NCBI GenBank assembly: GCA_022711435.1
Contig: JAKLFB010000013.1
Coordinates: 74,041-138,040, forward strand
Direction: 5' to 3'
Source of the DNA: Verrucomicrobiota bacterium
Lineage (GTDB): Bacteria; Verrucomicrobiota; Verrucomicrobiia; Limisphaerales; UBA1319
Length of the DNA stretch: 64,000 nucleotides
Every line of letters starts with the position of its first letter. Position 1 is the first letter of the stretch. Positions 47,552-57,475 of the stretch are shown here, piece after piece. Under the pieces are notes generated by a model. That model did no database searches. It saw nothing but the letters and a program-made list of their open reading frames with translations, and had not been told where the DNA came from. A program made the position numbers and the translations under genes.

Positions 47552-47790
47552 ACGGTAATGGTTTGGGCGACGGTCTTGCCGGCGACCGGGGCGGCGTGCC
47601 GCCGCGAGAGACACTACCGTGGGCTGGCGGACAATGGAATCGCGAAATTCAATCGTCGCGCTTGCCGGCGGGCCTGAGACGGTTCGGAGTCGCGCGCTGG
47701 GGCAGTTTGAGCTGCCAGCCGGGAATTTTTGATCTTTGCAGGGGGGGGCGGGGTGGCGTAAAAGAGCCGTTCCCGCGGCAGCGGGAGGCT

Positions 47791-49353
47791 ATGAAACCGG
47801 AAGTGTTCGTTTACGACACCACCCTGCGCGACGGGAGCCAAGGGGAGGGGATCAGCTTTTCGGTGAACGACAAGCTGCGGCTGGCGGATCAGCTGGACGC
47901 GTTCGGGATTCATTATATCGAGGGGGGCTGGCCGGGGTCGAACCCGAAGGACATCGAGTTTTTCAGCCAGGCGCGAAGGCGGCGGTTTCGGCGGGCGCGT
48001 CTGGCGGCGTTCGGGGCGACGCGGCGGAAGCACCAGCCGGTGGAGAGGGACGACCAGGTGCGGCTTCTTCTGGAGGCGGAGACGCCGGTGGTGACGGTTT
48101 TCGGGAAGACGTGGCTGCTGCACGTGAAGGAGGTGCTGGGAACGACGCCGGACGAGAACCTGGGGATGGTCGCGGACACGATTCGATACTTGAAGGATCA
48201 TGGGCGGGAGGTGGTGTATGACGGGGAGCACGCCTTTGATGGATACAAGGATGACGCCGAATACGCCATGGCGACGTGGCAGGCGGCGGAGAAGGCGGGG
48301 GCGGACACGATCGTGCTGTGCGACACGAACGGGGGCTGTCTGCCGAGCGAGGTGCGGCGGATTGTGGAGGCGGTGCGGGGGCGGCTGGCGGCGCCGCTGG
48401 GGATTCACACCCATAACGACGCGGGGCTGGCGGTGGCGAACGCGCTGGCGGCGGTCGAGGCGGGGGCGGCCCAGGTGCAGGGAACGATCAATGGCTATGG
48501 GGAGCGGACCGGCAACTGCAATCTCACGACCGTGATTCCCAACCTGGCGTTCAAGATGGGCAAGCGGATCCTGTCGGAGGCGCAGCTGCGCCGGCTGCGG
48601 GATCTGTCGCAGTTCGTGGATGAGATCGCGAACATGCGGCACGATCCGCGGCAGCCCTGGGTGGGAGCGACCGCGTTTGCGCACAAGGGGGGAATGCACG
48701 TCAACGCGGTGCAGAAGCTGGCGCGGACGTTCGAGCACATCGATCCGGCGGTGGTGGGGAATCGACGGCGCGTGCTGGTGAGCGATCTGGCAGGGCGGAG
48801 CAACATCGTGATGAAGGCGCGCGAGCTGGGATTTCCCATCACACACGAGACGCCCGAGCTGAAGACGGTTTTGAACCGGGTCAAGGAGCTGGAGTATCAG
48901 GGCTACGAATTCGAGGCGGCGGAAGGCTCGCTGATCCTGCTGATCCGGAAATGTCTGGCGCAGGTGGAGCCGCGGTTTCGGGTGGAGACCTATCATGTGT
49001 CGATGCGCGGCGGGGGGGAGTCCTCGGTGTGCGAGGCGACGATCAAGGTGCGGGTGGGCGATCGCCAGGCGCACACCGTGGCCGACGGGGACGGCCCGGT
49101 GAACGCGCTGGACCAGGCGCTGCGGTCGGCTCTGGCGAGCTTCTATCCTGTCCTGAAGAAGGTCCGGCTGACCGATTACAAGGTGCGGATCCTGGACAGC
49201 ACGAGCGGGACGGCGGCGCTGACGCGGGTTTTGATCGAGTCGAGCGACGGCCGGCGGCAGTGGGGGACGGTGGGGGTGAGCGGCAACATCATCGAGGCGA
49301 GCCTGCAGGCGCTGACAGACAGCCTGGAGTATTGCCTGATGAAGGGGCGGTGA
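47791..49353 (+). CDS. cimA: (R)-citramalate synthase / LeuA-family alpha-isopropylmalate synthase homologue.
   Basis: The DRE-TIM N-terminus VYDTTLRDGSQGEGISFS and a C-terminal LeuA dimerisation/regulatory domain are present. Confidence 0.7.
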   Translation: MKPEVFVYDTTLRDGSQGEGISFSVNDKLRLADQLDAFGIHYIEGGWPGSNPKDIEFFSQARRRRFRRARLAAFGATRRKHQPVERDDQVRLLLEAETPVVTVFGKTWLLHVKEVLGTTPDENLGMVADTIRYLKDHGREVVYDGEHAFDGYKDDAEYAMATWQAAEKAGADTIVLCDTNGGCLPSEVRRIVEAVRGRLAAPLGIHTHNDAGLAVANALAAVEAGAAQVQGTINGYGERTGNCNLTTVIPNLAFKMGKRILSEAQLRRLRDLSQFVDEIANMRHDPRQPWVGATAFAHKGGMHVNAVQKLARTFEHIDPAVVGNRRRVLVSDLAGRSNIVMKARELGFPITHETPELKTVLNRVKELEYQGYEFEAAEGSLILLIRKCLAQVEPRFRVETYHVSMRGGGESSVCEATIKVRVGDRQAHTVADGDGPVNALDQALRSALASFYPVLKKVRLTDYKVRILDSTSGTAALTRVLIESSDGRRQWGTVGVSGNIIEASLQALTDSLEYCLMKGR

Positions 49354-49455
49354 GCGGGGCGCGAGGCGGGTGGGAGATCCGCTGGGGAAGTAACACGAAA
49401 CCAGGGGCTGGCGGGCGGCGGGCGCCGGCCCATGACATGGACTGTTGAGCTGACA

Positions 49456-52185
49456 ATGGCTGACATACCGAAGGCATACGAGCCGGGAGCGGTCGAGGCG
49501 CGGTGGTATCAATACTGGGTGGACCAGGGCTGTTTCACGGCCGATCCGCAGAGGGTATCCGAGCGCCGACCGGCCTATTCGATCGTGATCCCGCCCCCGA
49601 ACGTGACGGGCGTGCTGCACATGGGGCATGTCCTCAACAACACGATCCAGGACATCCTGGCGCGGAAGGCGCGGATGGACGGACGGGAGGTCCTGTGGCT
49701 GCCGGGGACGGACCATGCGGGGATTGCGACGCAGGCGGTGGTGGAGCGGACGCTGCGGCAGCAGGGGGTGATGAAGCATCGGGATGATCTGGGGCGGGAG
49801 CGGCTCCTGGAGCATGTCTGGCAATGGAAGGAGAAGCACGGCGGGATCATCATCCAGCAGCTCAAGAAGCTGGGCTGCTCGTGCGATTGGACGCGGGAGC
49901 GGTTCACGATGGACGCCGCCTACTCGAGGTGCGTGCAGAAGGTGTTTGTGGAGCTGTATCGGAAGGGGCTGATCTACCGGGGGCTGAGGATGGTGAACTG
50001 GGACCCGGCGGCGCGGACGGCGCTGTCGGACGAGGAGGTCGAGATGGTCGAGGAATCGAGCCATCTGTGGCATATCCGGTATCCCCTGCTCGACGAGCAC
50101 GGGCGGCCGCGGCCGGGCGAGCATCTGGTGGTGGCGACGACGCGGCCGGAGACGATGCTCGGGGACGAGGCGGTCGCGGTCAACCCGCGGGACGCGCGCT
50201 ACCAGTCGGTCGTGGGCGGGCGCTGCCTGCTGCCGTTGCGGAACAAGCCGATCCCGATCATCGCCGACGACCTGGTCGATCCGGAGTTTGGCACGGGGTG
50301 CGTGAAAGTGACGCCGGCGCACGATCCGGCAGACTACGACATGGCGATGCGGCACGCGCTGCCGGTGACGATTGTGATCGGGCCGGACGGGACGATGACG
50401 CGGGAGGCGGGGGAGGCGTATGCGGGCCTGGACGCGAAGGAGGCGCGGCGGCGGGTGGTGGAGGCGCTGCAGGCGGAGGGTCTGCAGGTGAAGGTCGAGC
50501 CTTACGTGCATCACGTCGGCTACAGCCAGCGCAGCCACGTGGCCATCGAGCCGTATCTGAGCGAGCAGTGGTTCCTGCGGTACCCGTCCGTGGCGGCGTC
50601 GGCGTCGGCGGTCGAGCAGGGGCGGATCCGGTTTCATCCGGACCGATGGGCCAAGACCTACACGCACTGGATGCAGAACCTGCGGGACTGGTGCATCAGC
50701 CGGCAGCTATGGTGGGGGCATCGGATCCCGGTCTGGTATCGGCGGGAGGCGCTGGCGGCGCGGGGCCGGACGGGGGTGTCGGGGGCGGACTGGGATCCGG
50801 CCGACATTCATTGCGATGTGAATCCGCCGGCCGATCCGGAGAACTGGGAGCAGGATCCGGATGTTCTGGACACGTGGTTCAGCTCCTGGCTGTGGCCATT
50901 TGCGACCATGGGCTGGCCGGAGAAGACCGGGCTGTTGCAGGCGTTTTATCCGACGAGCGATCTGGTCACCGGGCCGGACATCATCTTTTTCTGGGTGGCC
51001 CGGATGATCATGGCGGGGGAGGAGTTCATGGGGGAGGCGCCGTTCCGGAACGTGTATTTCACGGGGATCATTCGGGACAAGCTGGGCCGGAAGATGAGCA
51101 AGAGCCTGGGGAACTCGCCGGATCCGCTCGGGCTGATCGACCGGTATGGGGCGGACGCGCTGCGGTTCGGGGCCATGCGCAGCGCGCCCCTGGGCCAGGA
51201 TGTGCTCTTTGACGAGAAGGACGTCGAGCTGGGCCGGAACTTTTGCAACAAGCTGTGGAACGTCTGCCGGTTCCGCCAGATGCAAGGGGGCGAGCTCGAA
51301 GGCGAGATCGATCCCGCGCTGCTCACGGGCGATGACCGGTGGGTCTTGCGGCGGCTGGACGCGGCGGTTCGGGAAGTGGATGCGGCCTTTGCGGCGTATC
51401 GGTTCAACGAGGCGACGCAGACGCTGTATCGGTTCTTCTGGAGCGAGTTTTGCGACTGGCACATCGAGTCGAGCAAGGCCGCGCTCTATGGGGCGGATGC
51501 GGCGCTGAAGGCCAACAGCCTGGCGGTGATCGATTTCGTGCTGAGCCACGTGCTGCGCCTGTTTCACCCGTTCCTGCCGCACATCACGGAGGAGCTGTGG
51601 CAGGGGATGGGATTCAGCCGCGACCTGCCGGAAGGGCAGGGGGGGCGGACGATCATGACGGCGCGCTGGCCGAAGCCATGGGACGGCGAGTTCCAGGCGC
51701 ACTACCGGCTGGATGATGCCATCGAGCAGCGGGTGCAGGCCCGGAATGACCTGGTGGTCCAAGGGCGGAACCTCCGTCGCGAGGGCAACCTCGCGGCCAA
51801 CCGGAAGGTGCGCTTTGTTTTCAAACCGGTCGAGGCGTGGTCGGAGCACGAGCTGGCTGCGCTCCGGCTGCTGCTGAATGCGGATCCGCTCGAGGTGGAC
51901 GGCGCCTATGTGCCTCCCAAAGGCACACCGGCCGCCCGGAGCGCGCTCGGGGAGCTGTATCTCCCCCTGGAAGGGTTGATCAATATCGATGCCGAGCGCG
52001 GGCGGCTTCAGAAGGCGCTCGAGAAGATCGACTCGGAGATCGCGCGGATCGAGGCGAAGCTCCAGAACGCGGCTTTCGCGGCCAAGGCGCCGCCGGCGGT
52101 GCTCGAGGAGCAGCGCAAGCGTCTGGCCGAATGGCAGGGCAAACGGCAGCAGAGCCTGGCCGCACTCGAGCATTTGGGGTCGTGA
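49456..52185 (+). CDS. valS: Valine--tRNA ligase.
   Basis: The HIGH motif is PPPNVTGVLHMGH and the KMSKS motif is present. The C-terminal coiled coil is IARIEAKLQNAAFAAKAPPAVLEEQRKRL. Confidence 0.9.
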   Translation: MADIPKAYEPGAVEARWYQYWVDQGCFTADPQRVSERRPAYSIVIPPPNVTGVLHMGHVLNNTIQDILARKARMDGREVLWLPGTDHAGIATQAVVERTLRQQGVMKHRDDLGRERLLEHVWQWKEKHGGIIIQQLKKLGCSCDWTRERFTMDAAYSRCVQKVFVELYRKGLIYRGLRMVNWDPAARTALSDEEVEMVEESSHLWHIRYPLLDEHGRPRPGEHLVVATTRPETMLGDEAVAVNPRDARYQSVVGGRCLLPLRNKPIPIIADDLVDPEFGTGCVKVTPAHDPADYDMAMRHALPVTIVIGPDGTMTREAGEAYAGLDAKEARRRVVEALQAEGLQVKVEPYVHHVGYSQRSHVAIEPYLSEQWFLRYPSVAASASAVEQGRIRFHPDRWAKTYTHWMQNLRDWCISRQLWWGHRIPVWYRREALAARGRTGVSGADWDPADIHCDVNPPADPENWEQDPDVLDTWFSSWLWPFATMGWPEKTGLLQAFYPTSDLVTGPDIIFFWVARMIMAGEEFMGEAPFRNVYFTGIIRDKLGRKMSKSLGNSPDPLGLIDRYGADALRFGAMRSAPLGQDVLFDEKDVELGRNFCNKLWNVCRFRQMQGGELEGEIDPALLTGDDRWVLRRLDAAVREVDAAFAAYRFNEATQTLYRFFWSEFCDWHIESSKAALYGADAALKANSLAVIDFVLSHVLRLFHPFLPHITEELWQGMGFSRDLPEGQGGRTIMTARWPKPWDGEFQAHYRLDDAIEQRVQARNDLVVQGRNLRREGNLAANRKVRFVFKPVEAWSEHELAALRLLLNADPLEVDGAYVPPKGTPAARSALGELYLPLEGLINIDAERGRLQKALEKIDSEIARIEAKLQNAAFAAKAPPAVLEEQRKRLAEWQGKRQQSLAALEHLGS

Positions 52186-52207
52186 GGCTTTGGCCGCGCG
52201 TGTTTTT

Positions 52208-52434
52208 AAGAGCCAAGTCTTGGATGGCCGCAAGGAACGCAAAAATACGCAAAGAGGATTTTCCTGATGAAAGATCGTGTGCTCTGCCTCTGTGACATGG
52301 TCCGGGAGACGGGGTTCGAGATTCCGCCGAGTTTTTGCGTGTTTTTGCGTTTCTTGGGGCAGAAGGTTCGAGAGCCGAGTCTTGGACTTGGATAGCCGCA
52401 AGAAACGCAATAATACGCAAAAAGGAATTTCCTG
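52208..52434 (+). repeat. Tandem direct repeats upstream of and including the 5' end of the GxxExxY gene. Each unit holds a hairpin-forming element of about 100 bp (TTTTTGCGTGTTTTTGCGTTTCTTG ... CAAGAAACGCAATAATACGCAAAAA) plus the first 57 nt of the gene. Unit 1 is partial.
   Basis: The sequence gagccaagtcttggatggccgcaaggaacgcaaaaatacgcaaagagga...atgaaagatcgtgtgctctgcctctgtgacatggtccgggagacggggttcgagatt is repeated at 52324 onwards with more than 90% identity. Confidence 0.65.
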
Positions 52435-52836
52435 ATGAAAGACCGTGTGTTCTGCCTCTGTGACATGGTCCGAGAGACGGGGTTCGAGATTCATCGCTAC
52501 CATGGACCAGGCCACATGGAAAAAGTTTACGAGAACGCGCTGGTCCATCGGCTTCGAAAACGTGGATTGAAAGTCGAACAGCAATGTCCGCTCAGAGTCT
52601 ACGACGAAGATGGCACGGTGCTGGGCGAATATTTTGCGGACTTGATGGTCGAGGAGATGCTCATCGTCGAAGCGAAAGCGGCCAAAGCTGTGGCGGTCGA
52701 ACACGTGGCGCAACTCCTGGGCTACCTGCGGGCCAGCCGGGTCGAGCACGGACTTCTTGTGAACTTTGGGGCTCCCGTGTTCTTCATCAAGAAATATGTG
52801 GTGTCCGATACAATGGCCACGATCGACGGGATTTGA
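52435..52836 (+). CDS. GxxExxY family protein (PD-(D/E)XK nuclease-fold, PDDEXK_3-like).
   Basis: The GHMEKVYENAL (GxxExxY) and DLMVEEMLIVEAK (D..E.K) motifs are present. Confidence 0.8.
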   Translation: MKDRVFCLCDMVRETGFEIHRYHGPGHMEKVYENALVHRLRKRGLKVEQQCPLRVYDEDGTVLGEYFADLMVEEMLIVEAKAAKAVAVEHVAQLLGYLRASRVEHGLLVNFGAPVFFIKKYVVSDTMATIDGI

Positions 52837-52854
52837 TCCCGGCACGATTACTTT

Positions 52855-52952
52855 CCGCCCAGTTTTTGCGAGTTTTTGCATTTCTTGGGGCAAAGGATTC
52901 GAGAGCCGAGTCTTGGATAGCCGCAAGGAACGCAAAAATACGCAAAGAGGAT
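52855..52952 (+). repeat. Third copy of the ~100-bp hairpin-containing element, directly downstream of the GxxExxY gene.
   Basis: The sequence ccgcccagtttttgcgagtttttgcatttcttggggcaaaggattcgagagccgagtcttggatagccgcaaggaacgcaaaaatacgcaaagagga matches the 52324..52428 copy. Confidence 0.65.
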
Positions 52953-52979
52953 ACCCGTGAAAATGGAGGATGGCGTGTT

Positions 52980-54107
52980 TCAGTCTGCGGGATGGGCGGC
53001 TTCAGCCTGGAGGCGGAGCTGGCCGCAGGCGGCGTCGATGTTGTCTCCTTTTTCGATGCGGAGGGTGGCGGTGACGCCGGCCTTTTTGAGGGCATGGAGG
53101 AAGGCGGTCTGGGCGGGGGGGGCGGGGCGGCGCCAGGGGAGGCCATGGACCGGGTTGCAGGGGATGAGGTTGATCTTGGCGCGAAGGCGACGGGCCAGGG
53201 CTGCCAGGGGATGCGCCTGATCGAGGCCATCGTTGACCCCGTCGATGAGGATGTATTCGAGCGAGATCATCCGGCCTTTGCGGGCGAGGTAATGCTCACA
53301 GGCCGAGATCAGCTCGGAGAGGGGGTATTTGCGGTTGACGGGCATGAGGCGATTGCGGATGGCGTCGGTGGCGCCATGGAGGGAGATGGCGAGTCGGAAC
53401 TGGGGGGATTCCTCGGCGAACCGGCGGATCTGAGGGGCGAGGCCGCAGGTGGAGACGGTGATGTGGCGGGCGCCGATGGCGCCGCCCCAGGGGGCGTTGA
53501 GGATGGCGAGCGCTTTCGAGAGGGCATCGTAATTGGCCAGAGGCTCGCCCATGCCCATGACGACGAGGTTATCGATTCGGCGCCGGGGCGGAGAGGGGCG
53601 GAGCGAGGGTGTCTGCGAGGACGCGTTGGCAGCGAGCCAGCGTTCGGCGGCGAGCACCTGCTCGACGATTTCGTCGGGACCGAGGTTACGTTTCCAGCCG
53701 TGGAGGCCGCTGGCGCAGAATTTGCAGCCGAAGGCGCATCCGACCTGGGTAGAGACGCAGAGCGTGAGGCGGTCGCTCGGTTCGGCGTAGAGGGCGGGAT
53801 TGGCGGGGATGAGGACGGATTCGATATGGGCGCCATCGGCGAGGCGCCAGAGGAACTTCCGGGTTTGGCCGGGGGCGCCTTGGCAGCGTTCGAGGGTGAG
53901 GGGATGGAGCTGGAAATGGGAGGCGAGGCGGTGGCGGAGCGGGCGGGGGAGATTGGTCATGGCATCCCAGGATGCAACGCGCCAGGCATAGAGCCAGGAG
54001 AGGACCTGGGGGGCGCGGAACGGCGGCTCTCCCCAGGCGGCGAGGAGGGCGGACAGTTCATCCCGGGTTTGAGAGCGGATGTCGGGGCGGAGGGTGGGCG
54101 GCTTCAC
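52980..54107 (-). CDS. rlmN: 23S rRNA (adenine2503-C2)-methyltransferase, radical SAM.
   Basis: The radical-SAM cluster motif VSTQVGCAFGCKFCASG and the C-terminal GQLRLQ region are present. The start is proposed at GTG 54107 and overlaps the glgP stop (GTGA). The track ORF extends to 54212, overlapping glgP. Confidence 0.8.
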   Translation of the reverse strand: MKPPTLRPDIRSQTRDELSALLAAWGEPPFRAPQVLSWLYAWRVASWDAMTNLPRPLRHRLASHFQLHPLTLERCQGAPGQTRKFLWRLADGAHIESVLIPANPALYAEPSDRLTLCVSTQVGCAFGCKFCASGLHGWKRNLGPDEIVEQVLAAERWLAANASSQTPSLRPSPPRRRIDNLVVMGMGEPLANYDALSKALAILNAPWGGAIGARHITVSTCGLAPQIRRFAEESPQFRLAISLHGATDAIRNRLMPVNRKYPLSELISACEHYLARKGRMISLEYILIDGVNDGLDQAHPLAALARRLRAKINLIPCNPVHGLPWRRPAPPAQTAFLHALKKAGVTATLRIEKGDNIDAACGQLRLQAEAAHPAD

Positions 54108-56242
54108 GAGGCGTCGGGCTGGTAGTATTTCCGGGCATAATCGCGGACCATGCGCCAGGTGTTGAACTGAGGGATGAGAGTGGCCATGGCGCGGCGGATG
54201 CGGGCGATCCACTGGCGGGGGATCCCTTGTTCATCGCGCTGGTAGAAGAGGGGGATGACCTGTTCGGAGAGGACGCGGTAGAGGTTTTCGCTGTCGCGGC
54301 GGTCCTGTTCCTCGACGGAATCGGGGTGGGAATCGTCCCCGATGGCGAATCCGTTGGCGCCGTCATATCCTTCGCGCCACCAGCCGTCGAGGATGCTGAG
54401 GTTGAGGGCGCCATGGATGGCGGTTTTCTGGCCGCTGGTGCCGGAGGCTTCGAGGGGGCGGCGGGGGTTGTTGAGCCAGACATCGCAACCGGACACCATC
54501 TGGCGGGCGACGTGGATATCGTAATCCTCGAGGAACACGAGCGATCCCTGGAGGGAGGAATACTTGCTGAGATGGATGATATGCTGGATGAACCGTTTGC
54601 CGTCCTGGTCCTGGGGGTGGGCTTTGCCGGCGTAGATGAACTGGACGGGCCGGGCGGGGTTGGAGGCCAGGCGGACGACGTCGTCGAAACGCTGAAAGAT
54701 GAGGGGGGCGCGCTTGTAGGTGGCGAACCGGCGGGCGAATCCGATCGTGAGCGCATCGGGATTGAGGAGGCGGTCGAAGCTGATAAAGTCGCGTTTCTCG
54801 AGGCGCCGGTCCTGGAGGAGGAGGCGGCGCCGGGCGAACTCGATCAGCTCGCGGCGCATCTGGAAACGGAGCGCCCAGATCTCCTCGTCGGTGACGAACT
54901 GAGGATCGGCCATGCATTTCCAGAAATCGGGGTCCTGGAATCGGGACTGCCAGTCGGGGCCGACCTTGCCCTGCCAGAACCGCTGGGTGGCTGCTTTCAT
55001 CCATCCGGTGAGATGGATGCCGTTGGTGATGTGGCCGATGGGGATTTGGTCTTCGGTTTTGCCGGGGTACAGGTCGAGCCACATGCGGCGGCTGATGCGG
55101 CCATGGAGTTCGCTGACGCCGTTGGCGGCGCGGCTGGCTTTGAGGGCGAGGACGGTCATGCAGAACGGTTCGCCGGCCTGGTCGGGGCGGACCCGGCCCA
55201 GGGCCATCAGCTCCGAGATCGAGAGACCGAGCTTCTTGATGAAGTCGCCGAACACGTAATGGACCAGATCGAAATGGAACCGGTCATGGCCGGCTTCGAC
55301 GGGCGTGTGGGTGGTGAAGACGCAGCGTTCCTTGACCCAGGCGAGGGCGGATGGAAAGGAATGACCGGCCTGGATTCGCTCGCGCAGCAGTTCGAGGATG
55401 AGGAAGGCCGAATGCCCCTCGTTCATGTGGTAGAGGGATGGCTCGATGCCGAGCTTGCGCAAGACGCGGATCCCCCCGATGCCGAGGACGATCTCCTGCA
55501 TGATGCGCATCGTCTTATCGCCGCCGTAGAGGTGGAGGGTCAGATCGCGGTGGGAGGGCTCGTTCTCGGGCCGGTTCGTGTCGAGCAGATAGACGTGGCA
55601 ACGTCCGACGTTGACCCGCCAGAGCTGGAACTGGATCCTGCTGGTGGCGATTTCGATCGAATCCAGGATCGGTTCGCCTCGGCTATCGAGGACGGGCTCC
55701 ATGGGCAGGCTGGCCGGATTGAGCTGCGTGTAGTGCTCGACTTGCCAGTTCTCGTGGTTGAAGGATTGCTGGAAGAATCCCTCGCGGTAGAAGAGGCTGA
55801 CGCCGACCAGACCGAGGCCCAGGTCGCTGGCGGCCTTGGTGTGGTCGCCGGCCAGGACGCCCAGGCCGCCCGCGGCAATCGGCAGCGTCTCGTGGAAACC
55901 GAACTCGGCCGAAAAATATGCGACAGGATTCTTCGTCAAGGACGGGACATGGCAGCTGGCCCAGGTCTTTTCCCCGGCCATGTAATCCTCGAACCTGGCC
56001 AGGACATCTCGGACGCGGGCGGCGAAGGAGGGATCGAGCAGGCGGACACGGAGCTCGTAATCGGACAGCTCATGGAGGACGGCGACGGCGTTGTGGTACA
56101 GGTTCTGCCAGGCGCGAGGCGACAGCTCGTGGAAAAGCTCCTGGGCATCATGGTTCCAGGTCCACCACAGGTTGTGAGACAGGCGATTCAGGCCCTGGGC
56201 CAGTGCTTCGACATCCATCATGGTCAACGGTTTACTATTCAT
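54104..56242 (-). CDS. glgP: Alpha-glucan (glycogen/maltodextrin) phosphorylase, GT35, short bacterial/archaeal-type form.
   Basis: The sequences VAYFSAEFGFHETLPIAAGGLGVLAGDH and the PLP region FARRFATYKRAPL are present. Confidence 0.85.
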   Translation of the reverse strand: MNSKPLTMMDVEALAQGLNRLSHNLWWTWNHDAQELFHELSPRAWQNLYHNAVAVLHELSDYELRVRLLDPSFAARVRDVLARFEDYMAGEKTWASCHVPSLTKNPVAYFSAEFGFHETLPIAAGGLGVLAGDHTKAASDLGLGLVGVSLFYREGFFQQSFNHENWQVEHYTQLNPASLPMEPVLDSRGEPILDSIEIATSRIQFQLWRVNVGRCHVYLLDTNRPENEPSHRDLTLHLYGGDKTMRIMQEIVLGIGGIRVLRKLGIEPSLYHMNEGHSAFLILELLRERIQAGHSFPSALAWVKERCVFTTHTPVEAGHDRFHFDLVHYVFGDFIKKLGLSISELMALGRVRPDQAGEPFCMTVLALKASRAANGVSELHGRISRRMWLDLYPGKTEDQIPIGHITNGIHLTGWMKAATQRFWQGKVGPDWQSRFQDPDFWKCMADPQFVTDEEIWALRFQMRRELIEFARRRLLLQDRRLEKRDFISFDRLLNPDALTIGFARRFATYKRAPLIFQRFDDVVRLASNPARPVQFIYAGKAHPQDQDGKRFIQHIIHLSKYSSLQGSLVFLEDYDIHVARQMVSGCDVWLNNPRRPLEASGTSGQKTAIHGALNLSILDGWWREGYDGANGFAIGDDSHPDSVEEQDRRDSENLYRVLSEQVIPLFYQRDEQGIPRQWIARIRRAMATLIPQFNTWRMVRDYARKYYQPDAS

Positions 56243-56615
56243 GCAAACGGCCAGACGATACCACGTCGGTCGTTGATGGCAATATCGTAGTATCAGAGAA
56301 CGACGTTATTATCGCGATTCATGTTATATGCAACCTGTTTTCGATCAACGTAGTTAACGTTGTAGTTTTCCGGGGACTAACGAGGAATATCAGTTGTAAA
56401 CATCTCAATGTGAAATTTTTGTGATTAATCTATTCTTGCCAGGGCAAAATCGGGATCTGGTGAAAATGATCGGTTCCATTTTTTTGTTTTGTTTGCTTGA
56501 CATTTTGGTTTATGTGGAGGAGGATACGCTTACTCGAGAATGAATGACCAATGCCGCACGGGATGGCGATAGGCATTGTTTGGACGTTTTTGATGAAATT
56601 GGGTCATATCAGCAG

Positions 56616-57452
56616 CGAAAGCCTATGAAAAGTGCAATCCGTTGGATCGGAGTTGTGGTGGTGTTGATGTGCCTGACGCCTGCGTTGCTCGCGCAACCAT
56701 CAACGCCGTTGCCCGGTATCACCAAATGGAGCCAGTTGCCGGATCTTGAGACTGGATGGGATGTCCTGTCTCAATACCCATATCAGCCAGGAGTTCAATT
56801 TGGCAAGCTGCTAGCGGACGATTTTCTATGCACTCAAACAGGGCCGATCACCGGAGTCCGTGTTTGGGGATCGTGGTGGAATGATTTCGATAACCCTCTC
56901 CAATCATTCCAGCTCACTTTTTGGTCAGATGTGCCGAAGGGGGCTGATCCTAACACGCTTTATAGTCATCCGGGGATTCCGCTATGGACGACTGCAGCTC
57001 TCGGCCTTGGCATACCATATGCGCACGTTCTCCAGGAAGGATTTTGGGATCCCAATTTACCTGGACAAATCGGAGTTGATAATGTCGTTTGGCAATACGA
57101 TTTTCTCTTCCCAGCCGGCATGGCTTTTCAACAGACTGCGGGCAACATCTATTGGCTTTCGGTGCAGCGGATCAACAATCCCATGCAACCGGACCCATTC
57201 ACCTGGGGTTGGAAAACCTCATTCGAGCAATGGAACGATGACGCAGCTTGGACCGACAACTTTATTGATCCCTCGAGTGGCTATCCGGTGCCGACACGTT
57301 GGAGTGAGTTATTTATACCGGATCCAACAGGTCTTCAAGTGTCTCGCGACATGGCGTTTCAATTGGCCACCGTGCCTGAGCCGGTGACAGCCTCGTTGAT
57401 AGCGGGGTTGGGGCTGTTGGGGTTTGCAGCCGTGCGGAGGTTCCGCGGATAA
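56616..57452 (+). CDS. PEP-CTERM sorting-domain protein, encoded in a low-GC (about 50%) island.
   Basis: It has a signal peptide (MKSAIRWIGVVVVLMCLTPALLA). The C-terminus is TVPEPVTASLIAGLGLLGFAAVRRFRG. An AT-rich upstream region spans 56250..56615. Confidence 0.75.
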   Translation, partial: RKPMKSAIRWIGVVVVLMCLTPALLAQPSTPLPGITKWSQLPDLETGWDVLSQYPYQPGVQFGKLLADDFLCTQTGPITGVRVWGSWWNDFDNPLQSFQLTFWSDVPKGADPNTLYSHPGIPLWTTAALGLGIPYAHVLQEGFWDPNLPGQIGVDNVVWQYDFLFPAGMAFQQTAGNIYWLSVQRINNPMQPDPFTWGWKTSFEQWNDDAAWTDNFIDPSSGYPVPTRWSELFIPDPTGLQVSRDMAFQLATVPEPVTASLIAGLGLLGFAAVRRFRG

Positions 57453-57475
57453 GTTGGCTCAATCGAAATTTGCGA

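Noticed and set aside
46535-47677. 380-aa plus-strand ORF antisense to the GDP-mannose 3,5-epimerase-like gene
   Set aside because: The epimerase homology on the minus strand is very strong. The antisense ORF is G/A/D/E-rich.
47614-50667. 1017-aa minus-strand ORF antisense to cimA and valS
   Set aside because: The translation is low-complexity (R/P/H/Q/L-rich) with no recognisable motifs. It overlaps two genes with unambiguous homology on the plus strand. This is a typical open antisense frame in GC-rich DNA.
50707-52935. 742-aa minus-strand ORF antisense to valS and the GxxExxY region
   Set aside because: It is entirely antisense to valS. It is R/P-rich low complexity, and its N-terminal repeat merely reflects the tandem DNA repeat at 52.2-52.5 kb.
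52584-56290. Plus-strand ORFs 52584..54125 and 53972..56290 antisense to rlmN and glgP
   Set aside because: rlmN (radical-SAM CxxxCxxC) and glgP (GT35) are clear on the minus strand.
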